Of a DNA stretch of 64,000 nucleotides, positions 38,489-47,782 are shown in pieces. Position numbers and translations under genes: made by a program. The stretch covers positions 9,920 to 73,919 of the forward strand of contig CBFIJH010000011.1 in NCBI GenBank assembly GCA_965662895.1, written 5' to 3'. The notes below the pieces were generated by a model that worked only from the letters and a program-made list of their open reading frames with translations, did no database searches and was not told the origin of the DNA. Source of the stretch: Candidatus Poseidoniaceae archaeon. Lineage in GTDB: Archaea; Thermoplasmatota; Poseidoniia; Poseidoniales; Poseidoniaceae. How positions within the stretch are numbered: the first letter of the stretch is position 1; every line of letters starts with the position of its first letter.

Positions 38489-39808
38489 TCAGGGGAATTG
38501 AACTTTTGGCCAACTTGTGATATCCGCGGCCTGCCAAGAAAGGGTGCATAAAAGCGTGTCAATCTCTTCAATAGAACGAAGATTACGAGCGATTTGTTCG
38601 TAAAACAACCACTCCTTGAGGGCCCCTAATTTTGGACCTTGAGGAACGCTTGTTTTTCGCATGATGTAGTCTCCATCTGCGAGCGGTTTTGCATCAAAAT
38701 CGATCTTGACGTGCATTATTCGTTCAATCCTTTTCTGAATGTCATCCTCAGTGTGCTGGCTGTGACCGTTTTTGGCAAAGAGTTGCTCAAGGTGTAGGTG
38801 TTGATGGCTCCATTTTCCTAGAGCCATAGCGTATACTCGGATTGCTGAATCTCGGTCGTCCGGAAGGTGGCCACTCTTTGCGTGACGAAAGAGGAGGCGC
38901 TTTCTTTCTGCACTACTCAACCGCAACCGTTTTGCTACTTGCTCACAATCGTTTGAATCATAATCGCGCAATAGGACGACCAATCGGTCGAGTACATCAT
39001 CTCCAGCAATCTGGTTGAGAAGTTGAATCCGAAGATCATCCTGCATCCAATCGATCGCAAAAATTTGTTTTAGTAAACCATCATCAGCCATACGTTGGAC
39101 GATTTCTGATGCATGTTTGCCGAGAAGGATTCGTTTTAGTTCCGACCATATGCGCTCTGACGCAATTCGATCAATCATTGGTTTTGTTTTGCGGAGTGCA
39201 TCCGCTAATTGTTGCTCAGGCCACCAGATTCCTGCATTGCCTTGATCCATAAATCGGTACGATCGAAGGATACGTAAAGCGTCCTCAGAGAGTCGCTGAA
39301 CCGGCTCTCCAACAGATCGTAATCGTTTCTTTTGCAAATCGTCATATCCTCCGAATGGATCATAGTATGTTCGCCTGGAAACATTGACTGCAATTGAATT
39401 CATGGTTAAATCCCGACGTGAGAGGTCGACAAGTAGAGAATCGCCCCATTCGACTTCATCAGGTCTTCGGCCATCGTTGTATCCAAATTCTGTCCTTAAG
39501 GTTGTTATTTCATAACTATGCCCTTGATTTCGAAAAGTGATTGTTCCATATCGTTCACCGGTTGGAATTGTATCTGGATATGCTTTCATTTCATCAGGTG
39601 TCATTGTTGTTGCAAGGTCGTACTCGTCAACTCTCGTACCGAGTAAAGCATTGCGATTTGCACCGCCAACAATCCAAACATGTGCATTGTTTTCTTGGAA
39701 CCAATCAATGATTTGAATTAGACTATCTGGAAGAGAATCAACCATCTGAGAGAGAGCTGGAAGAAGTGGCAATTCCTCCATTCCACGCACTGGGTCCATA
39801 CTCGACAC
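38489..39808 (-). CDS. Class II tRNA nucleotidyltransferase (CCA-adding/poly(A) polymerase family)
   Basis: IVGGANRN, EYDLAT, EITTLR, DLSRRDLTMN, EDALRILR; start could be 39799 or 39781. Confidence 0.85.
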   Translation of the reverse strand: MSSMDPVRGMEELPLLPALSQMVDSLPDSLIQIIDWFQENNAHVWIVGGANRNALLGTRVDEYDLATTMTPDEMKAYPDTIPTGERYGTITFRNQGHSYEITTLRTEFGYNDGRRPDEVEWGDSLLVDLSRRDLTMNSIAVNVSRRTYYDPFGGYDDLQKKRLRSVGEPVQRLSEDALRILRSYRFMDQGNAGIWWPEQQLADALRKTKPMIDRIASERIWSELKRILLGKHASEIVQRMADDGLLKQIFAIDWMQDDLRIQLLNQIAGDDVLDRLVVLLRDYDSNDCEQVAKRLRLSSAERKRLLFRHAKSGHLPDDRDSAIRVYAMALGKWSHQHLHLEQLFAKNGHSQHTEDDIQKRIERIMHVKIDFDAKPLADGDYIMRKTSVPQGPKLGALKEWLFYEQIARNLRSIEEIDTLLCTLSWQAADITSWPKVQFP

Positions 39809-39867
39809 TCATCCTTCCGTGTCCATACAAGACAAAGCATTATCCTGTGAATCCGGTTGGACGGAGC

Positions 39868-40314
39868 ATGTCTTGGACAGAAGACGATGTGCGGTTGGTT
39901 CCAGTTGAGTGGCTCAAAGCGCACGAGGAAATCAAACCAAAAAATATGGAAAAGCTCCTTGAAATGACCTTGAAATGGGACGGATTCACGAAACCATTGA
40001 TTGCAGACAAAGGTACGGGGACAATCCTCGATGGACATCATCGTCATGCAGTCGCTCGTCGTTTGGAACTCGCCCGCATACCAGTCGTATGCATCGACTA
40101 TCTCAAGGACGATACAGTTGAACTGGAATTATGGCCTGCATCAAATCTTGAATCCATTACAAAGCAAGAGGTGATCGATATGGCGCTTTCGGACGATCTC
40201 TATCCGCCGAAAACAACACGACATCGAATTTCAGATTATTTACCGCCCATCCACGTTCCCCTCAGTCGGCTCTCGCTTCTCACGCCGAGTCAGCCTGCAG
40301 AGACCGAATCGTAG
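39868..40314 (+). CDS. Small ParB/Srx-fold protein (SbnI/SerK-like core)
   Basis: LKAHEE, ILDGHHR, YPPKTTRH. Confidence 0.8.
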   Translation: MSWTEDDVRLVPVEWLKAHEEIKPKNMEKLLEMTLKWDGFTKPLIADKGTGTILDGHHRHAVARRLELARIPVVCIDYLKDDTVELELWPASNLESITKQEVIDMALSDDLYPPKTTRHRISDYLPPIHVPLSRLSLLTPSQPAETES

Positions 40315-42121
40315 ATTTCCACAATCGATTTCCATCGCTTGTTGTGACACTTGGATAATTTGGTTCCAAGACGACATTGAGAACACATTCATGCATGACA
40401 GAATTGCGTGCAAATAAGATGCGTACTGTCGTTCCAACTTTCCCTTTTAGATTCGATTTCAATTGTTCTGCATTGACGACGCGCACGCCATCAACAGCAA
40501 TGATCTCATCTCCAACCTGCAAATCCTCTCGAGCTGGTGAATGTTGCATGTGGCTGGTCACCTTCAGTTTGTTGCCTTGCGTGCGTATATGAACACCAAG
40601 CCAGCCCTGAGCGAACCCTTCCCATACGACGGTATCAGTTCCTTCTTTTCGTTTTGGCTCATCAGATGGTTTGTAAGTTAATCCAAACGATGAAAACGCT
40701 TTGTTCAAATCCAGATGACCGGCTTCTTTTGTTACCGAATCGAGGAATGAACCAAGTCTTTTTCCTCCCGGAAGCGAGGTGAGTGACTTGCGAATGTCGT
40801 TGTAATTCACACCGCGTAATGCTTCATCAGCAACATGGATGTTGTGACGTTCATACAACAGTTTCATTAAATCGCAAACACCCGTCTCGCCTTTGGATCT
40901 TCGACGAAGTTCCGCATCCAAAGCGAAGATGGTTAATTCACCTTCAAGATAATATGAGATTTGGGTCTCTCTAGAATAAGGGTTGCTTCTATAGAGGTGA
41001 ATCCACGCTTCATGACTGGCCTCACACAGGGCTTGGCATGAAGATCCACTTCGGGTATGATGCCGCTTAAGTTTCCGCTTCATGTCGGCAAAATAATCTT
41101 CAGCACTCCAAGCACCTGAGCGGAGACACATGATGTCGCCAATCCATGAGGTTGCACCTTCAAACCACCACAACAAATCAGTGTTTACTTCACGTTGGAG
41201 ATCGTAATCAAGGAATCGTTTTGGTCGCAACCGCTTCACGTTCCATTGATGAACATACTCATGGCTGAACAGACTCACAAGGTCACGATAATCTTCAACA
41301 TGGCCTGGTTGGAGGGACGTTCTCGGAACCATCGATGTTTGCGAATTGGTATGTTCGAGTCCGCCTCTTCCACCATCAGTTAGATGGAGAATTGTGGAAT
41401 AGGGTTCTTCCAATTGTCCAAAGAGCGCATGATGTTCGGCAATGATGTTTTTCATGTCTTCTAGAAATCGATTCAACATAATCTCGTTTGGTGCGTGTCC
41501 TCCAGAATCCCAATAGTGGAGGGAATGGTTTCGTCCACCAACCGTAAAGGTGTGAATTTTGTTTGCATTGCATTCTGCTATACCATCCAACAAGGCATCA
41601 CGGTGTTCGACCTGAAACGTGTGAAGTTGGGTACCATTTTGTTTTGCAGAGTGTTCAAGTTGCATCTGAGTTGAAACGTTCCATGTTTCTGGAAGAAGAA
41701 ATTCAACTCGATGCTGCATATTCATTCGCTTTGAATCGATACCATCCGTTGGCAGGAACCATGTAAATGGAGGCATGAGGTGCAGATGTGTCTCATCCAA
41801 GTGGTTCGAACGGACCGTATTGTCAACGCACAGAAGTTTGTAGGAGATACAGACCTTCGCTACCGATTGAACGCCTCTGATGATGATTGAATCAACATCC
41901 TTTCGAAGAACCTTGAGGGCGTGACCTTTCTCGTCACATGCGTTCAAGTCTGAGACGTGTTGTATAGGTTCTCGTAGGAAATACGACCCAGGAACCCAAC
42001 GAGGGAACGAGAGTTTGAGTGAAGGAGATGTGAAGGGTGCACTCACTTCGATTTCAACATCCAGGCGCTGATCTGCGCCATTGGTTGCATCAATGCGGTA
42101 GACGATATCTGAACGTGTCAT
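40280..42121 (-). CDS. M61 glycyl aminopeptidase with C-terminal PDZ domain
   Basis: PRWVPGSY, GGLEH, HEYVHQWNVKR, LWWFEG, GDEIIAVDG. Confidence 0.93.
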   Translation of the reverse strand: MTRSDIVYRIDATNGADQRLDVEIEVSAPFTSPSLKLSFPRWVPGSYFLREPIQHVSDLNACDEKGHALKVLRKDVDSIIIRGVQSVAKVCISYKLLCVDNTVRSNHLDETHLHLMPPFTWFLPTDGIDSKRMNMQHRVEFLLPETWNVSTQMQLEHSAKQNGTQLHTFQVEHRDALLDGIAECNANKIHTFTVGGRNHSLHYWDSGGHAPNEIMLNRFLEDMKNIIAEHHALFGQLEEPYSTILHLTDGGRGGLEHTNSQTSMVPRTSLQPGHVEDYRDLVSLFSHEYVHQWNVKRLRPKRFLDYDLQREVNTDLLWWFEGATSWIGDIMCLRSGAWSAEDYFADMKRKLKRHHTRSGSSCQALCEASHEAWIHLYRSNPYSRETQISYYLEGELTIFALDAELRRRSKGETGVCDLMKLLYERHNIHVADEALRGVNYNDIRKSLTSLPGGKRLGSFLDSVTKEAGHLDLNKAFSSFGLTYKPSDEPKRKEGTDTVVWEGFAQGWLGVHIRTQGNKLKVTSHMQHSPAREDLQVGDEIIAVDGVRVVNAEQLKSNLKGKVGTTVRILFARNSVMHECVLNVVLEPNYPSVTTSDGNRLWKSTIRSLQADSA

Positions 42122-42135
42122 GATGCAACGTTGAC

Positions 42136-43128
42136 CTATTCAGTGTATAGGTTCTGTGCTGCACTCAGAACAAGTTCATCGGTTGATTCTTGTACCAACA
42201 GTTCTGCAATCGTCTGAATCGCAGGTTCACCTTGTCGGTGCAATAATCGTTCCAGGAGTCTTGATTTGTCGATGCTATCAACTCGTTCATCAAACAACAA
42301 TTCTTCTCGCAATGCATCGCTCTTCGTGTCGTTTTTGCCAATGAGCCAACGGGCGACGATGGACGTACAATCCGCATCAAGGAGCATCTGAAGACGTGGG
42401 TCATCAGCATCAACAATTGTATCTTTGAGAGTCTGAACAAGGAACTTCCGTTGGGTATCTTTCTTCGTCTTGATGAGATCGACAGCGTACGGTTTTGCGT
42501 GTTCAAGTGCTATGGGTACTGCAAGTTTCCACAAAGCCTCATCGCTTTCAAGTGATTGTTGAAGTCGATTGTTTCCTTCAGCATCCAATTTCAACATCAA
42601 CAACGATGCAGCTGCTTGGCGACGTACATCGGGATGTGCATCCTCCAAGTATGCGAGCAGTTCAGAGGGCTCTTGACTCACCGAAGCAGCGGCTGCCCGA
42701 ACGACATGGTCATCCGAGGATTGGAAGCGTTGAAGTTCGGTTGAAGTTGCTTGATTCGTGGAAAGGAGTTGCTTCACGGATCGGCGAGCAACAACGGAGT
42801 CGGTACTGTCGAGCAAGAGTCTGGCAAGTTCTGCAGCATGGTTTTCATCAGCAATTGAATCCAACACCATCGCAACGCATCGCTGACCATCAAGTAGGCC
42901 CGTTTTGGCCAAATCGTTGAGGAGATGGGGTGCATGCTTCGGTGCCCATCGCCGATATGCCTCAATTGCTTTGTTTCGAAACCAAACGTCGTCGTCCTCA
43001 AGGAAAGGCGAGAACGCTTCCACACTTTCATGGGCATCAGAATCGAAGAGTATCCGGACAGCTCGTCGTCGCTGACGCACGTCCTTATGTTTCAATTTCG
43101 CAATGGCGGATTGTATGCTGGCTGCCAT
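42136..43128 (-). CDS. HEAT-repeat protein
   Basis: KDVRQRRRAV, DDVWFRNKAI, DHVVRAAAA, HPDVRRQAA. Confidence 0.75.
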   Translation of the reverse strand: MAASIQSAIAKLKHKDVRQRRRAVRILFDSDAHESVEAFSPFLEDDDVWFRNKAIEAYRRWAPKHAPHLLNDLAKTGLLDGQRCVAMVLDSIADENHAAELARLLLDSTDSVVARRSVKQLLSTNQATSTELQRFQSSDDHVVRAAAASVSQEPSELLAYLEDAHPDVRRQAAASLLMLKLDAEGNNRLQQSLESDEALWKLAVPIALEHAKPYAVDLIKTKKDTQRKFLVQTLKDTIVDADDPRLQMLLDADCTSIVARWLIGKNDTKSDALREELLFDERVDSIDKSRLLERLLHRQGEPAIQTIAELLVQESTDELVLSAAQNLYTE

Positions 43129-43137
43129 TGTTCAACC

Positions 43138-44082
43138 TCACGGTTTGAATTCATCAAAGTGAAAACCCATCTCATCATCATAATCAACATCACCGGGACG
43201 GGCAAGCGTCGGTGCGAACATTAACTGAATCATTGGCCACAATTGAACGAAGTGTTGCATGTTTGCGGTAATGAATTCTTCAAGTTCGTACTCCTCAGCG
43301 TTCTGCATGTCCCTCAAATCATCGGCAATTGTGCCCAAGCGTTGAAGTTCTTCAGCACCGCAATACTCCATTTCATGACACGTTTCAATTAAGGTTTCAA
43401 TCAAATCGGCAATTTCAATGGCGGAAAGCGGCTTGGGTTCACTCTCAACGATATCAACCGGTCCAAATGAAACTGGGCCCAACGACGTGGGGTGGAATTC
43501 GTCCAACTGTCGTTCAATTTTCATGAGTTCCTGGTGATGTTGATCACCAATTGGAGCAAGAACAAAACCGCCTTCGACAATCCGTTGCTGCATCCATTCT
43601 GGAATTTCGGCTAAACTGCCCGTGATCAAGACTCGGCTCAACTCTCCCGGCAATTCGATGGGTGAAACATCGATCGATTCAACATGCCGTATGTCAACAG
43701 TCGGCCATCCCGCAAGAGCATTGGCTGTGTGTCGAATAATTTCAGACGATGGGTCGATGAGGATGACTCGGCCACTTTCCCCAATCATTGTCGCAATCAG
43801 GGCAGCAATGTATCCACCTTTTGAACCAACAACCAGGATTTCTTGGCCTTCCTCGAGCTCCAAATGATGCAATAAAGTAACAATCATGTGTGGGGCAGAG
43901 ATGGTTTTCACACCTCCGTTCTCTGTCTCCATGAAAATCACGGGTCGGTCGTGGAAGAACCCATCAAAATCGTAACTCGTGAACTGATGAAGATGCAGTT
44001 CATACATGGCGTTTCGGACGGATTGAGGGACTTCGATACCCGACTTGGAAATTCGGTCAAGAAGTTCCTTCATCTCCTCCAT
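43138..44082 (-). CDS. pcm: Protein-L-isoaspartate O-methyltransferase-like protein with acidic C-terminal extension
   Basis: TISAPHMI, ILVVGSKGGY, GGFVLAPIG, LGPVSFGP. Confidence 0.75.
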   Translation of the reverse strand: MEEMKELLDRISKSGIEVPQSVRNAMYELHLHQFTSYDFDGFFHDRPVIFMETENGGVKTISAPHMIVTLLHHLELEEGQEILVVGSKGGYIAALIATMIGESGRVILIDPSSEIIRHTANALAGWPTVDIRHVESIDVSPIELPGELSRVLITGSLAEIPEWMQQRIVEGGFVLAPIGDQHHQELMKIERQLDEFHPTSLGPVSFGPVDIVESEPKPLSAIEIADLIETLIETCHEMEYCGAEELQRLGTIADDLRDMQNAEEYELEEFITANMQHFVQLWPMIQLMFAPTLARPGDVDYDDEMGFHFDEFKP

Positions 44083-44121
44083 ACGCTACTCAGCACATTG
44101 ACTCATAAAAACATGAGCGAA

Positions 44122-44991
44122 TTACGTCAAATCTTCCTGGATGTGCTTGAGAATTTCTTCAGGTTTCTGATTAATATCGAGGGCGGACATATTCTCGGCA
44201 TCATGATGTGGTTCATTGAGCATACTTTCCTTGATTCGATGAATGAGCCCAGCAAACGATTCAACTTGGTATTCCTTGGTTTGTTCCATATCCGCTTCCA
44301 TTGTTTCAACAATGGACCGAGCTTGTTCTGCTGTGAGTCGTACATCCGTCATCGATGAGAACATATCGTCCATCAGGATGCCTTCAATTTTGGTGAGGTG
44401 TTCAGATATTGTGGCCCTTGCAAGACCGAGTTGTTCAGCAAGTTCGGTAATTTTTATTCGCTTTGGCAAATCATAGTAGCCCCTATCGTAAGCGAATTTT
44501 GCAAGTTTCAATTGCCTCTCAGTCAGCACTGAATCATGTTGCTGAGGTGTGAGTTTAAGCGTCCTTGCACTCGTTCGATCGGGTTTCGACATAAGACGAA
44601 GAACACCAGAAAGAAGCCGCAATTTTAGGGACGACCCCTGAAGAATATACGTTAATCCACTCTCGTCAAGTCGAGAACCTGCTACCGTGTATGTTCCATT
44701 GGTCCGAGCATTAAGGGTCGGAAGCGGATGAATCACCTGACAGATGATCAAGTGCCCCTCATCTTTCTGTTCGGATTCTTGTATCACTTCAAGAACTTTG
44801 AGAGACTCAAAATTCCGTAGGTCATCGATTGTTTTTCCTTCGTGAAGATGAAATTTGAACAAACACCGAATGTCTTTGGGAACACGCTTGATGTAGGAGA
44901 GGAATTCAATTCTTCGAGCAACTTCCAGAATTGGGCCGATTCCAACAGCGTCCAAGCGGTCAGCACGCCAAAAAAATGAGACCTCCCGCAT
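44122..44991 (-). CDS. HTH-10 (bacterio-opsin activator-like) transcriptional regulator
   Basis: LTERQLKLAKFAYDRGYYDLPKRIKITELAEQLGLARATISEHL. Confidence 0.88.
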   Translation of the reverse strand: MREVSFFWRADRLDAVGIGPILEVARRIEFLSYIKRVPKDIRCLFKFHLHEGKTIDDLRNFESLKVLEVIQESEQKDEGHLIICQVIHPLPTLNARTNGTYTVAGSRLDESGLTYILQGSSLKLRLLSGVLRLMSKPDRTSARTLKLTPQQHDSVLTERQLKLAKFAYDRGYYDLPKRIKITELAEQLGLARATISEHLTKIEGILMDDMFSSMTDVRLTAEQARSIVETMEADMEQTKEYQVESFAGLIHRIKESMLNEPHHDAENMSALDINQKPEEILKHIQEDLT

Positions 44992-45036
44992 GGTATTCTC
45001 TCCGAGTCACTATGCATAAGTGAATCGACGTATGGT

Positions 45037-45669
45037 TCATCTCATTTCCAACCATCCGAGGAAGGTTGCTATCGGCAAAAAAATGGCCAAGAGAATGTTG
45101 ATTCGTTTCCTCTGATTTCGTAACCGTTCCGGCAATTCCGGGGCAATTTCAATCGCAGAGGTATATCTTGACTGCCTTGTTTTTGGAAATGTCTTGTCCA
45201 AGATTGAAAGAACTTTTGCGCGTAATTCGGGTTGCCTGCTTCCCCCAACACCTCGGCCAACCATGTACCGAACGGGGAATTCATCCGTGAGGGGAGTCGT
45301 GCGTTCTATGATTTCTTCAACTCGGCTTGAATCATGAAGATCAACTCGAACCGTTCTTCCATCGCTGCGGACGTGACTGAGCGCTCTCCATTTTCCTTGG
45401 CCCTCATCCATGCCCTCAAGCGCTTCCATTGTGCGTTGAATCGGCGGGATTCCAGATTCTACGGGGCGTTCTCTCCTTGCCAGGAATGGGCCCAAAAGAA
45501 TCCCTCCGATAAGTGGAAAAATCGTGATAAGATAGACGATTCGCATGAATTCCTCTGGATTTGTAAGTGCGGAAACGAGAGCAAGGCTGAAACCGAAATA
45601 CAGCCCGAGAAATGCTCCGGCTTGAAGTCCTAACCACAAGCCAACAGGCTCTGTTGATGACTCCGCCAT
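45037..45669 (-). CDS. Membrane protein (2 N-terminal and 1 C-terminal TM) enclosing an Smr-like domain
   Basis: VRVDLHD ... YMVGRGVGGSRQPELRAKV matches the Smr DxH / GxG / P pattern. Confidence 0.6.
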   Translation of the reverse strand: MAESSTEPVGLWLGLQAGAFLGLYFGFSLALVSALTNPEEFMRIVYLITIFPLIGGILLGPFLARRERPVESGIPPIQRTMEALEGMDEGQGKWRALSHVRSDGRTVRVDLHDSSRVEEIIERTTPLTDEFPVRYMVGRGVGGSRQPELRAKVLSILDKTFPKTRQSRYTSAIEIAPELPERLRNQRKRINILLAIFLPIATFLGWLEMR

Positions 45670-45746
45670 ACGTCCCTGATATGGATTCACAAAAAGAACC
45701 CGTCGATGGGGTCAAGGATTAAATCACTCGATTCATTGGGCGTCCC

Positions 45747-46442
45747 ATGGAACGAAATGGTCTCGACTCAAGAAGTAGAGACCGAAAGGTCGGTCTCTGG
45801 ATTGGAGGAATCAGTCTTTTTTTTCTTGTCTCTTTCTTTCTTGCTCCTGCAATGGTCGAACAAGGAACGATTAGCGAATTGTCGGGCCGAGCAAATATGT
45901 TGGATTTTCACAAAGAAAACGACCAGAACTTCACTTGGACAGAGTTGAATGTTTACAGTGCAACAATCTATGCATTCGGAGACCTAAATTGCCACAACAA
46001 GCATGAGCGTTCTTGGTCGATCAACGGCAACCAGATGCCCGTGTGTGTCCGTGATGTTGGAATATTCGCAGGACTTGCTCTCGGTGGTTTCATTTATTCG
46101 CGTCGAGGTGTGAACCGCTGGACGATTCGGGACACGTTTCTGTCCATTCTTCCAGATGAAAATCTGAAACCTGTTTACGCTTCCAACCGTAGGACGCTCG
46201 TCTTTATTGGATTGGGTCTCCTTTGCACCGTTCCACTTGTCTTGGATGGCTTCACTCAACTTCTCACCGATCGGGAATCAACAGCATTCCTTCGGCTCGC
46301 AACTGGGATACCGTTCGGGTTTGGACTCGGTTTGTTCTTCGCAGCTGCATACAGTGCTCGACCGAACAAATTCAGCAGCCCAGGTCAGGTGCTGCTACCT
46401 GGCAATGTCCGGTTTCAGAGACCGCCTCAAGACGAGGAATGA
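45747..46442 (+). CDS. DUF2085 membrane protein
   Basis: NCHNKHERSW..NGNQMPVCVRDVGI, PLVLDGFTQ..RES..LRLATG. Confidence 0.85.
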   Translation: MERNGLDSRSRDRKVGLWIGGISLFFLVSFFLAPAMVEQGTISELSGRANMLDFHKENDQNFTWTELNVYSATIYAFGDLNCHNKHERSWSINGNQMPVCVRDVGIFAGLALGGFIYSRRGVNRWTIRDTFLSILPDENLKPVYASNRRTLVFIGLGLLCTVPLVLDGFTQLLTDRESTAFLRLATGIPFGFGLGLFFAAAYSARPNKFSSPGQVLLPGNVRFQRPPQDEE

Positions 46443-47782
46443 TCAGGTGGAGGCATTGACCACCAGACCAACAATTCCTGTGCATTCTCAGGAATTGGGC
46501 AATGTTCGTGTCCACTGGTGAGTATGTTCAGGCGCTCAATCGTATTTGCCACCATTTTTGTGGAATGCGAATTGGCTTGACCAAGTATTTCCTTAAGTGC
46601 TTTCTCCCATGGCTTGTTTGGATTGTTTTTTCGCCACGTTGATAGTGCAACTCGAAACGGCCACATGGCCAGTGTTAGTCGAGCGAATCCTATCCATGCA
46701 TCACGTAATTTGAACACTTGTCCTTCTGCAAATGGGATGTGATTTTGCTGGCGATGTATCCAATTTGCCTCTTCCAACCATTTGACAAGCCTCTGGGTGT
46801 GGCGCTGTGTTACCATTCGATGAGGCCCCAGGGATTTGTGCAATCGTGGTATTTCGCAGGATCCAGCCATAAGCGAAAGCGTTCCGAGAATTGACCAACT
46901 TGAACGTGCGAGTGGATTGTTCGGCACATCCGATTTTCGTGCTTGATTGGAATCCCATTCAATTTCTGCACTTTGCATCCATTGTGCAGGAGAGCGTCCT
47001 CCAAGCCAGCCAATATGAACGGATGTGCGTTCCATCGGTGCTCCTGGCAAACGGGTTTGTTGTTGAACATCGTGAGCCAATTTGTCAAGTAAGTATCTGT
47101 CGACTTTATCGGCATCGACGTTGAGCGGCACAGGTCTTCGATTGAAGAACGAACGCAGTGCTTTTCGAAGTTTTTGACGCAATTCGTCCAATCCTCCCTC
47201 ATTCAATATGGGACCGACAATGCAGCATTTATCGAAGGGTGGTGCAACGTTCAACTCACCAGTAAACAGATCGTGAAACCCTTGACGAATGGTTTTTTGA
47301 ATTTCAGGCGTTTCAAAATACTCTTGCTTATCACTGCTCATTCGCAACGTTGCATGCTTGATTCGGTCGATCGCTCGGTCGGGGTCGCAATCAATCCAGA
47401 CGACAAGGTCAGGTACCATCGATGCTGAGTTAACATTGCAAACAGTGTTGATGCCGAGTTGTCCAACAACCCCTTGGTAGATAATCGAGGAATGGATGTT
47501 CCGATCGGAAACGACGACTTCACCTCGCTCAAGTCTTGGTTTGATCCATGTATGGGAATGGTCGAGTCGGTCTGCAGCGAACAATCCAGCCTCTTCGAGT
47601 GGCGTCTTATTTCCCTCTTTTACAGCTTCGAGAGCCAATTTGCCGAGATCACTATGCCGTCGCGGCTCATGGGTTTTGTGAACTTCTTTGAACGGGTATT
47701 GTGCGAGAAGTTCGGTAAGGATTCGGACCGCTTCTCCTTTTCCAGAACCATCTCCACCTTCAACGGTGATGAGATACATCAC
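46427..47782 (-). CDS. tmk: Thymidylate kinase with long C-terminal extension (wHTH-like)
   Basis: ITVEGGDGSGK, HEP, LFAADR, SDRNIHSSIIYQG; about 220 extra residues. Confidence 0.85.
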   Translation of the reverse strand: MMYLITVEGGDGSGKGEAVRILTELLAQYPFKEVHKTHEPRRHSDLGKLALEAVKEGNKTPLEEAGLFAADRLDHSHTWIKPRLERGEVVVSDRNIHSSIIYQGVVGQLGINTVCNVNSASMVPDLVVWIDCDPDRAIDRIKHATLRMSSDKQEYFETPEIQKTIRQGFHDLFTGELNVAPPFDKCCIVGPILNEGGLDELRQKLRKALRSFFNRRPVPLNVDADKVDRYLLDKLAHDVQQQTRLPGAPMERTSVHIGWLGGRSPAQWMQSAEIEWDSNQARKSDVPNNPLARSSWSILGTLSLMAGSCEIPRLHKSLGPHRMVTQRHTQRLVKWLEEANWIHRQQNHIPFAEGQVFKLRDAWIGFARLTLAMWPFRVALSTWRKNNPNKPWEKALKEILGQANSHSTKMVANTIERLNILTSGHEHCPIPENAQELLVWWSMPPPDHSSS

